DNA of 64,000 nucleotides from a virus (taxonomy: Duplodnaviria; Caudoviricetes): the IMG/VR virus record IMGVR_UViG_3300028797_000093. The stretch is one strand, 5' to 3'. The notes under the pieces were generated by a model. It searched no databases and was not told the DNA's origin. It was given only the letters and a program-made list of their open reading frames with translations. Shown in pieces: positions 41,507-49,520 of the stretch. Numbering within the stretch: the first letter of the stretch is position 1; each line of letters starts with the position of its first letter. Position numbers and translations under genes: made by a program.

Positions 41507-41758
41507 TTATTTATCAGATTTGTATAAAATAATCATCATAATATTTTGAGCTATAACTACTAAAACCATAAGAAAAATAGTTACTAAAAATGGAATTCTT
41601 GGATTAATAATATTAAAAACTGAAAGTAGTCCAAGGGTAAACATAATGAATATATACAATAAGCAAAAGATTAATAATATATTTAAAATAGCTTTATGAG
41701 TTATCTTTTTCTTATTGTTTCTTGAATTCTTCAACATCTTCTTCATTATATAGATCAT
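41507..41758 (-). CDS. Small membrane protein (two TM segments)
   Basis: Two hydrophobic stretches; start uncertain. Confidence 0.5.
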   Translation of the reverse strand: MIYIMKKMLKNSRNNKKKITHKAILNILLIFCLLYIFIMFTLGLLSVFNIINPRIPFLVTIFLMVLVVIAQNIMMIILYKSDK

Positions 41759-42029
41759 ATTTTACATTATCAAAATATTTAGAAATATCTATTTCTTTTT
41801 TGATCTCTTTCTCTAATTTATAACGCTTATGTGAGATATGAATATCATATATTATATAAACAACTGAAGTAACTATAGTCAGGATTCCTATAATAAATCC
41901 TCCTATAGTTTTATTAAAGAATAGTATAATAATTCCTATCCATAGAATAATAATATAAGGATAAAAGAATTTATTCGCTATAAAAGATACTACTTTATCT
42001 ATAAAAGGTTTATACTCTTCATCATTCAA
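41712..42029 (-). CDS. Small membrane protein (two TM segments)
   Basis: Two hydrophobic stretches; TTG start after AAAGGGG. Confidence 0.65.
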   Translation of the reverse strand: MNDEEYKPFIDKVVSFIANKFFYPYIIILWIGIIILFFNKTIGGFIIGILTIVTSVVYIIYDIHISHKRYKLEKEIKKEIDISKYFDNVKYDLYNEEDVEEFKKQ

Positions 42030-42102
42030 TATTAATTATCCCCTTTCGATATAAATCTATTATTATAATATATAATTAAATCTAAAAATAAAAAAGAAGA
42101 GA

Positions 42103-42735
42103 TGATTTAAATGATAGGGCGGCGCCATGAGACCAGTCGGCCGCCCCAGAATTGCGACTGAGAGCAATAAAGAAAACGCCACAAATAGAGCCATTACCAC
42201 AGCCACCATTACGAAAAGCATAACGAGTACCACTATTTTGATAAAAATAATCACAATAAAAACACATAGTTTAAATGATAGGACTGCGCCATAGTTCCAG
42301 CCAGTCCCAGAAGACGAATAGAGTAGAGCAACAGAAGTGAAACCACAATAAAAATCAATAACACAGGAACCACCACGTCTAGCATATGCAATACTCGTAG
42401 CTTTATATATAGATATTTAAGATACTGGTTTAAATGATAGGGCGGCGCCACGATACCAGGAAGTATTAGTAGCAACAACATTTAGAGAAACATAAAAAAC
42501 ACCACATCTAGAACCATCGTTTGAATGACCACTACGAAGACTATAATGAGTACCACTACTTTGATAAAAATAATCACTTATTGGTTTAAATGATAGGGAG
42601 GCGCCACTGAACCAGTAGGTAGAACCAGAGCCGACGTTGAGATAAACATAGAAAGCACCACAAAGGAGCCCAGTGTTCGAGGCACCACCACGAAGAGAAT
42701 AATATGTAGTACTCGTAGCTTTATATATAGATAAA
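42103..42735 (-). repeat. Array 3: four DGR variable-region-like cassettes
   Basis: Units near 42103, 42267, 42426, 42582, e.g. CDYFYQNSGTRYAFRNGGCGNGSICGVFFIALSRNSGAADWSHGAALSFK and SIYKATSTTYYSLRGGASNTGLLCGAFYVYLNVGSGSTYWFSGASLSFKP. Confidence 0.9.
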
Positions 42736-42746
42736 AAAATAAAAGA

Positions 42747-42773
42747 GGAGGGTACTCATAAAGAGTACCCTCC
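42747..42773 (-). terminator. Major capsid gene terminator abutting cassette array 3
   Basis: ggagggtactc-ataaa-gagtaccctcc stem-loop then TCTTTTATTTTTTT on the minus strand. Confidence 0.85.
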
Positions 42774-42820
42774 AAAATAGTGCTTAACTATTACAGTCAA
42801 TCACTCGGCTACAGTGTCAA

Positions 42821-44695
42821 TTATGCCTGATAAGGAGCGTTGGCAGTGTAGTCGTTGTAGTCACTGGTCCCGATGGGATTGGTGTTGGGAACCTCAGACC
42901 GCAGGCCAGTGGGGTTCAGGATCTGGAGACGGCCCTGGACAGGCTGATACTCAACAGTCTTGAACCGCTCGAAGGCATGGATTGCGGGGAGTGCAGGATT
43001 CTTAGCGTTGCGGATTTCGTTGCTGACGTACATCTGGTAATCGTAGATACGATACACGATACGGTCAGTGTTCTTGGGGCAGAGGACAACGATCATGTTG
43101 TTGTTGTCACGGAGCTTGTCGCTGGAGATGAACTGATATACACGATTGTCACTGGAGACAACGGTCTTCTTGAAGTCAAGAGTAGCAGGACCGATGTTGG
43201 CAGGAGTCTCATAGGTGTACTCAGTAGGAGTGATCTTACGGATCAGGTCGGGGCGACCAAAGACGCTGATAGTCATGTTGGGATCGTTCAGTACCTGGAG
43301 CAGGTAGGTCACATGAGTATCAAGAGCGTCCATGAAGGTCTTACGACGCCACTCGACATGGTCGAGAGCATAACCGGCACGAGGAGCGAAGTCGAAGGTG
43401 CTAGCCAGCTTCTGGGTGCTGGGGATATGCATGAAGGACTCGTCAAGGAAAGACTTGATCTTGTCGTCCTTGTAGTTGCCAAGAACGCTCTTAACCAGAG
43501 ACAGGATCTTGGACAGCTGGTTGACCTGATAGAGGGCGGAGATGTCCTTTACCTCTTCAGGGCTGACAGTGGTGTTGATGGGAATAGCTTCGGGGATCTC
43601 CACGATGTCAGTACGAACCTTCCAGCTGACGGAGCAGGTGGGCAGGTTGGCGCTACTGGTGTCGAGACGAGCCTTCAGCTTAACCTTGGTGATAGCACCG
43701 TTGGTGGAAGACAGAACGAAAGCGTTCTTCTTTACGTAACCAGCGATGACATCATCCTTGTGCTGCTCGGCATTGTTGTTATCGAAGTAAGTCAGATGGA
43801 AGCCTTCCATGATCTGACGATCGTACTCGCCGTAAGCAGGAGTGAACTTCATTACTGCAGGATACCAGAGGTCCTTGGAGCCAGCGGTAACAGTGGTGCC
43901 GTCGACATAAGTGCCATCAGGCAGATAGTCACCAACACGATAATACACACCAGGTACATAGACCTCGGAGATGTAGGACTCGATGGAGATGTTGTCACCA
44001 TTGCTGCCACCGATAGCGGTGACACAAACAGGAGTACCATGGCCATCAGGAGTTACAGCAGTGCCACCAACCTTGATGTAGCTGTTGGCATTGGTCTGGT
44101 TGTCAACTTCCTTGATGGGCAGAGTCATCTCGATCTCGGTGAAAGGAGCGGTGCTGTCAATGGCAGCAGTCAGCTTGTACTGCTCCTTGTAGAAGTCGAT
44201 CTCTTCACCAGCTGGAGTAGTCAGGATACGCTGCTCCATGGAAAGAGTGAACTTGGGCTCACGTGCGACAAACTTAGGAATGCCACCATTGTCGAACACG
44301 TTGTTCATCATGATGTTCTTGTGGATGGGAAAGGTCATACCAATGACGGGGTTTACAGCACCAAGAGCTGCATTCTCAAGAATGGCCTCACGGTCATTCA
44401 GATACATCTCTTCTGCATCCTCGCACAGGTCTTCCAGTTCCTCATGAGTGATCAGTCCAGCCTCAACCTCAGGCTGATACAGCTGGGCAACACCCTCTAC
44501 AAAGTAGTTCTTCAGAGCATTGTCAGTACTCTTCAGCATCATAGCCTTGTAGGGCTCGGAGAATACGTCGATTCCAGCTTCATGAAGCATGGACTCGCAC
44601 AGATTCTTATACTCTTCAGCATACTTGCGAATGGGATCCTTGGAATAACCACGGCCCATGTTCGCAGTGCTAGCACGATTACCAACACTAGGCAT
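42821..44695 (-). CDS. Major capsid protein precursor (jumbo phage type)
   Basis: 624 aa; very strong C-ending codon bias; late promoter motif and strong terminator; acidic N-terminal propeptide-like region ending near ILE|NA; surrounded by head-like genes. Assignment from context, not a unique motif. Confidence 0.72.
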   Translation of the reverse strand: MPSVGNRASTANMGRGYSKDPIRKYAEEYKNLCESMLHEAGIDVFSEPYKAMMLKSTDNALKNYFVEGVAQLYQPEVEAGLITHEELEDLCEDAEEMYLNDREAILENAALGAVNPVIGMTFPIHKNIMMNNVFDNGGIPKFVAREPKFTLSMEQRILTTPAGEEIDFYKEQYKLTAAIDSTAPFTEIEMTLPIKEVDNQTNANSYIKVGGTAVTPDGHGTPVCVTAIGGSNGDNISIESYISEVYVPGVYYRVGDYLPDGTYVDGTTVTAGSKDLWYPAVMKFTPAYGEYDRQIMEGFHLTYFDNNNAEQHKDDVIAGYVKKNAFVLSSTNGAITKVKLKARLDTSSANLPTCSVSWKVRTDIVEIPEAIPINTTVSPEEVKDISALYQVNQLSKILSLVKSVLGNYKDDKIKSFLDESFMHIPSTQKLASTFDFAPRAGYALDHVEWRRKTFMDALDTHVTYLLQVLNDPNMTISVFGRPDLIRKITPTEYTYETPANIGPATLDFKKTVVSSDNRVYQFISSDKLRDNNNMIVVLCPKNTDRIVYRIYDYQMYVSNEIRNAKNPALPAIHAFERFKTVEYQPVQGRLQILNPTGLRSEVPNTNPIGTSDYNDYTANAPYQA

Positions 44696-44764
44696 AGTAG
44701 TTTTTTCTCCCTTCGATAAATAAGTTATTAAATAATCCTAAGACTATACATTTAGTCAAAGTTT

Positions 44765-44776
44765 TACTAATATGTT
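44765..44776 (-). promoter_or_regulatory. AACA-N6-TA late promoter of the major capsid gene
   Basis: AACATATTAGTA 70 bp upstream of the start; same motif upstream of 13 other genes. Confidence 0.7.
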
Positions 44777-44798
44777 TAATTGAAGTGATTGAATTGTG

Positions 44799-45386
44799 TT
44801 ATTTATTTTCCTCTTTTGGCTCAATTTCTTTCAAAATAAGGGCTATACCTTCTAAAACAGAGTAGCATTGTTTATAATAGATAAGATTTTCTATATAAGA
44901 TTTACTATCATAGATATAATTCAGATAGTCAACCAATCTATCCTTCATATCTTCCATCTTACCAGTAATATATTCAGATACTTTAATAATAGATTCATTC
45001 TTATTAATAAAGATCACTCTATTCATAATCACATTACAAAGATCATATAGAGTAGCCATATCTTGTCTAAGCTTTCTATCTCTAGCAGCTAATTCTGTAG
45101 CAGATAGATCACCAAACATATTGTTATCTAGTTGCTGTATTTCAGAAGGTGGTTCTTCCTCTATAGGTTCTTCCATACCAACCTCTTCTCCAGCATTAGG
45201 ATCCTCTTCAGGATCTTGCTGTAGATAATCATCATCTACTTGAACTTCATCTTCCTGTGGAGGCTGATTATTCTCTTCTTGTTCTCCACCAGTAGTAGGT
45301 TGAGTTTCATCAATATCATTATTTGCAATCAGCTCATCTACTTCATCTTCGGGAGCTTCATGAATATATCTATTAATAACAGGCAT
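44799..45386 (-). CDS. Acidic head-assembly (scaffold-like) protein
   Basis: Very acidic N-terminal half, helical C-terminal half, directly upstream of the capsid gene; late motif at 45429-45440. Confidence 0.5.
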   Translation of the reverse strand: MPVINRYIHEAPEDEVDELIANNDIDETQPTTGGEQEENNQPPQEDEVQVDDDYLQQDPEEDPNAGEEVGMEEPIEEEPPSEIQQLDNNMFGDLSATELAARDRKLRQDMATLYDLCNVIMNRVIFINKNESIIKVSEYITGKMEDMKDRLVDYLNYIYDSKSYIENLIYYKQCYSVLEGIALILKEIEPKEENK

Positions 45387-45493
45387 ATCATTTATTCCTT
45401 TCTATTAGAGTATTATTGTATTATCTATTATAAAGATGTTGACCTATATAGATTAATAAAGAGGTAATCCTATAAGGACTACCTCATATATAT

Positions 45494-45982
45494 TTAAAGA
45501 TGTTTAATCATAACAGAAATTGTATTGATTAGTCTGTAATAATCAGAAACTACTTCTTTATTATTCATAAAATCAACAACTTTCATATCCTTTGATTCTA
45601 GTTTAGTTTTTGACTTATTTAAGAAATTAATCCATTCTTTTTTGCTCTTTTTACTCTTGCCATTAGATAACTCTTCTGATATAAATTCAATGGATCCAAT
45701 AATACCAGAAATGGCATAAGATATATATGGTTCTTCATACTTTCCACCATACATATTTTCAAGTAATTGAGCTTCTTTTATACTTGCGCAAATAATATTA
45801 ATTGATTTATTAAAAACAGAAATCTGTTCTCTTTGAAGAGGTTTATCTTCTTTTACATCTTTTTCTGCTGACTTAATAATTTTTTCATATTTATCTATAT
45901 ATTTATTAAAATCATCTTCAAATAGAACCTGATTTATATTATTAATCTTGATAGGATTCTTAGCTGCTTCTACTATATACAT
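45494..45982 (-). CDS. Putative internal head protein (NPI leader family)
   Basis: Starts MYIVEAAKNPIKINN. Confidence 0.6.
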   Translation of the reverse strand: MYIVEAAKNPIKINNINQVLFEDDFNKYIDKYEKIIKSAEKDVKEDKPLQREQISVFNKSINIICASIKEAQLLENMYGGKYEEPYISYAISGIIGSIEFISEELSNGKSKKSKKEWINFLNKSKTKLESKDMKVVDFMNNKEVVSDYYRLINTISVMIKHL

Positions 45983-46000
45983 ATATCTTTACCTTTCTAT

Positions 46001-46501
46001 CTATTTATTAATTCTATTAACTCTGCAATATGATTTTACACTATCATATTTCACTTCATATTCAGCAATACCAAGATCATCAGATACAACTACAAAATCT
46101 GTAGCAGGATTACCTTCATAGTCTAGTAGATAGTATCTTAAAATTTTATAATTTTTAACCTTTAGATCTTTGGTATACTCTTCTTTAATAATACTATTTA
46201 TCATATTAATTTCTAAATTAAAATACTTAGGGTGATTAAACATATGCTCTTCTTTTACATATTTCTCAGACTCTTCCTGGAGAGGAAATACAATGAATAC
46301 GTTATCAGCGAGTTCACACTTATATACATGATCTCCAGCATCTTTTAGATATAGATATAATTCAGAATCATTTTCATAATTACTTCTAATTGAAATATGA
46401 TTCTTCTTATAAAAATTCTTTAGTTCAGACTGCCATTTAGTTTCTTTATTAACAGTTTCCATAAGAATAATAGGATTCTTTGCAGCTTCTACTATATACA
46501 T
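46001..46501 (-). CDS. Putative internal head protein (NPI leader family)
   Basis: Starts MYIVEAAKNPIILME. Confidence 0.6.
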   Translation of the reverse strand: MYIVEAAKNPIILMETVNKETKWQSELKNFYKKNHISIRSNYENDSELYLYLKDAGDHVYKCELADNVFIVFPLQEESEKYVKEEHMFNHPKYFNLEINMINSIIKEEYTKDLKVKNYKILRYYLLDYEGNPATDFVVVSDDLGIAEYEVKYDSVKSYCRVNRINK

Positions 46502-46528
46502 AAATTAATCTCCTTTTACATATCAAAA

Positions 46529-46577
46529 TCTATTACTAAATCGTCATCTATACAAAAAAAAAACGAAAAAATAGTAA
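46529..46577 (-). repeat. ~50-bp upstream element, inverted copy at 52224-52272
   Basis: tctattactaaatcgtcatctatacaaaaaaaaaacgaaaaaatagtaa, near-identical to the reverse complement of 52224-52272. Confidence 0.85.
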
Positions 46578-46627
46578 AGAAAATAGAATAAAGTTGAGGA
46601 TAACCATAGTAGGTTATCCTCTATATA

Positions 46628-46954
46628 TCATTTATTAATCTTAATAGGGTTCTTATAAGACTCTACCAGTACAGTAGATTCTTTCTTAGGAGACTTATAG
46701 TACTTACTGAGTCTATTATCTTCTCCTACATTAATATCTAGATCCAGCTCTCTGATTCTCTTAATAATTCTTCTTGCTAGAGATTCTTCATATTTGGGTT
46801 CTACTTTATTGAAGAACTTAACAGCTGCTCTTACATGAGCTTCATCATTTAGAGGATATTTCCTCTCTTCAGGAATACCAAACTCTTTATCATCCAGCTT
46901 ATTTCTTTCTTTAGATGTAAGAGCTTTCTCTTGTAGATTAATAGTATATACCAT
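46628..46954 (-). CDS. DUF6582-like small protein
   Basis: LTSKERNKLDDKEFGIPEERKYPLNDEAHVRAAVKFF; C-terminal VESYKNPIKINK. Confidence 0.6.
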   Translation of the reverse strand: MVYTINLQEKALTSKERNKLDDKEFGIPEERKYPLNDEAHVRAAVKFFNKVEPKYEESLARRIIKRIRELDLDINVGEDNRLSKYYKSPKKESTVLVESYKNPIKINK

Positions 46955-46972
46955 CTTAATTACTCTCCTCTA

Positions 46973-47191
46973 TTATTTGAAATGATCTAGAATATAAAAA
47001 TAGTCTGTAATACAAGTTCCAATATCTGGATTTGTATACTCTATTTTAAACTTATTATCAAGTTGATTATAAGAGATTGTATAATTCATATCTTCAATAC
47101 ATATACCATCATTATGCTTAGCTATATTAATTAATTCTTCTCTTGATATAGTTTTTTCAGCAAACTCTTTACCAGTCAATGGACTTCTCAT
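46973..47191 (-). CDS. Hypothetical protein
   Basis: 72 aa, AAGGGG RBS. Confidence 0.6.
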   Translation of the reverse strand: MRSPLTGKEFAEKTISREELINIAKHNDGICIEDMNYTISYNQLDNKFKIEYTNPDIGTCITDYFYILDHFK

Positions 47192-47308
47192 ATATAAATT
47201 CCCCTTTTACTAATACACTTATTATTTAAATGTGAATGAATATAAAAAAGAAATATGGAGAGCCTAAACTAATAGACTCCCCATATTTCATTGTATAGTA
47301 TTTCTCTC

Positions 47309-48220
47309 TTACTTATTAGTTACAGCTTTGATAGCATTTTCTTTGGTATCAAAGACTGCAATAAACCCAGACTGATGGCAGAACAACAATCCTTCAACAG
47401 GAGGATCTGATTCTCTGTTGAACCCATACCACTCTTCAGGAAGAGGTTTAATGAATTCTCCAGTTTCATTTTTCTGAACAGAGAGATTCCATCCCTCTTC
47501 TCTCTGAGAAGGAAAGATTACATATTCAGTATCAGGATTGAGTTTACCAAGATAAGGAACATATTTATCAAAAACTATGATATGATTAATCTCATTCTTC
47601 TTAGCTTCTTCAATGATCACTTCAGCATCCTTGCTGGCTTTAATATTTTCCAGTTTCTTATTAATAATAAACATACAGAAGCAGATGGCATCCATAAAGT
47701 TAAATGGAACTTCCTCTTCAGGGTCTCCTACCCATTCGATTTCTGCATTCCATACAGGATTCATCTCATTCAACAAATTGGAGAAATCAGAATTATAAGA
47801 TCTGTCTCCATTATCATAACCATCAATCTTACAGACAAAGTTACGATCAAAGAATCTGTAATCTCTATTGTCCTTGATGACATCAATAAGGTTATGATAT
47901 GCTCTTACCACCTTACCAAAAGAAGCAAAGTTATAAGTCTTATATTCCTTTTCTCCATTGGCATTCTTTCTATAATAACCTCTCCACTCTGCACGAGTAC
48001 CATGGTGATCAAATTCACCACCACCAATATCTACAATAATAACATCTTCTCTATCTTTATATTGATCGACGTTATTATTATTAACCCTAATTACATGAAA
48101 GAGATCTCTTACAGTTCTTCCTGCAGCAATATTGAGGAAAGCAATAGCAAATACTTCATCTGCATGAAATACACCATTGTGAGTTACAATATGATTAATC
48201 TTAGAAAGATCAGGAATCAT
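47309..48220 (-). CDS. MYG1 family (DHH-like) exonuclease/hydrolase
   Basis: THNGVFHADEVFA, VDIGGGEFDHH, ASFG, DGYDNG, FCHQSGFI. Confidence 0.88.
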   Translation of the reverse strand: MIPDLSKINHIVTHNGVFHADEVFAIAFLNIAAGRTVRDLFHVIRVNNNNVDQYKDREDVIIVDIGGGEFDHHGTRAEWRGYYRKNANGEKEYKTYNFASFGKVVRAYHNLIDVIKDNRDYRFFDRNFVCKIDGYDNGDRSYNSDFSNLLNEMNPVWNAEIEWVGDPEEEVPFNFMDAICFCMFIINKKLENIKASKDAEVIIEEAKKNEINHIIVFDKYVPYLGKLNPDTEYVIFPSQREEGWNLSVQKNETGEFIKPLPEEWYGFNRESDPPVEGLLFCHQSGFIAVFDTKENAIKAVTNK

Positions 48221-48645
48221 ACATCTATATCCTCCTCTTTATTGGTTATAGTATTATAGTAAGCGTAACCAGAATCTTTGGTATAATAAACATCTACTAT
48301 ACCAAGATCTTTAATCATTGCTATACAGGATGCACAAGGTTTAGACATTCTTGGCTCTCCTCTTTTATTCTCTCTATAAATATAAAGTTCCACAGAACTC
48401 CAGTCTATATCACTTCTATTCTTAATCAAACAGAGAGCAGCAATCTCTGCATGAAGACTATGAGGAGTATTATCTGCACTAAATCTCTCTTTATTATAAA
48501 TCTTCTGTATAGGATGAGTCTTGTTACTATTAAACCCAACAGAAAGTATGTAGCCTTTATAAACAGCTACACATCCAACATGATATCTTTTAAAAGTACT
48601 AAATTCAGAAGCTTTCTTTGCTTTTGTAAAGAAATGGACATTCAT
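48217..48645 (-). CDS. Zn-dependent cytidine/deoxycytidylate deaminase family protein
   Basis: HVGCV...GFN, LHAEIAAL, SKPCASC. Confidence 0.88.
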   Translation of the reverse strand: MNVHFFTKAKKASEFSTFKRYHVGCVAVYKGYILSVGFNSNKTHPIQKIYNKERFSADNTPHSLHAEIAALCLIKNRSDIDWSSVELYIYRENKRGEPRMSKPCASCIAMIKDLGIVDVYYTKDSGYAYYNTITNKEEDIDV

Positions 48646-49034
48646 ATATGCTCACCCATGTAACTCCTATCATCAGTTAAACCTATCATATACAGAGGAG
48701 ATATATCCAATACTACAGACACTATAAATAGATAGTATCTATAAGCAGATATTCTTACATACTTTCTATCCTTATTTGCTTTATCAACCTTATGATTTCT
48801 AGCTTCAAGATAATATATATGAGATCTATCTATATTCAATTCTTTAGCCAATGCAGCATAGGTTAAGTTTTGATCTTTTCTCTCTTCTTTCAGTCTTTTT
48901 CCAAAGAGTCCTACAGAGTAATAATCAAATACTTCATCTTCTATAGAGTCTACTTGTTTCTTATACAAATGAAAGTTATCAGGATAATCTTTTTCTAATT
49001 TCTTTAAATACTCCTGCTTGCTAATCAAGATCAA
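48642..49034 (-). CDS. XRE-family helix-turn-helix protein
   Basis: FGKRLKEERKDQNLTYAALAKELNIDRSHIYYLE...LDISPLYMIGLTD. Confidence 0.8.
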   Translation of the reverse strand: MILISKQEYLKKLEKDYPDNFHLYKKQVDSIEDEVFDYYSVGLFGKRLKEERKDQNLTYAALAKELNIDRSHIYYLEARNHKVDKANKDRKYVRISAYRYYLFIVSVVLDISPLYMIGLTDDRSYMGEHI

Positions 49035-49074
49035 TCACTCCTAATAGTGATTCTATTTAATATATGATATATAA

Positions 49075-49410
49075 TCATATAACAGTATCCTTAGAGTAAG
49101 AATACTCTCTAGTAAGTTTATCATTATGATACTCATAAATGATTCTAAAATGTTTATCAAATATATAAGTATAAAAATTAGAGTATATATAGTTTCTATC
49201 ATATACTACTATAGTATCTGATTTGATAGAATAGTATATATGATTAGCCTTACCTTTAATGAGTCTAAAAGGAATTTTATCAAAAGAAGATCCTATACCT
49301 TCAATAGATATTACATCATTAGCATAATTCTTCTTTATAATAAATTTATTGCCATTATGAGAATTCTCTAGAGTAATAGTGATTTCAATATCATTATAAT
49401 CAATATCCAT
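49075..49410 (-). CDS. Hypothetical protein
   Basis: 111 aa, AAGGGG RBS. Confidence 0.6.
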   Translation of the reverse strand: MDIDYNDIEITITLENSHNGNKFIIKKNYANDVISIEGIGSSFDKIPFRLIKGKANHIYYSIKSDTIVVYDRNYIYSNFYTYIFDKHFRIIYEYHNDKLTREYSYSKDTVI

Positions 49411-49520
49411 ACTATTATCCCCTTGTATTCTTTTTTATTATTAAAAAGTTGAGGATACTGTATCTGTATAAAAAATAAAAAAATAGAGAGATAGAGAATT
49501 AACTCTATCTCTCATTTAAT

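Noticed and set aside
3461-42735. Calling a complete DGR, or calling the cassettes template repeats
   Set aside because: No reverse transcriptase, avd-like gene or AAC-rich template is visible in this window, and the cassettes are depleted of AAY codons.
42977-44719. 580-aa antisense ORF (also 615..1268 and 7507..8403)
   Set aside because: Shadow frames of strongly codon-biased minus-strand genes; no RBS and no recognisable motifs.
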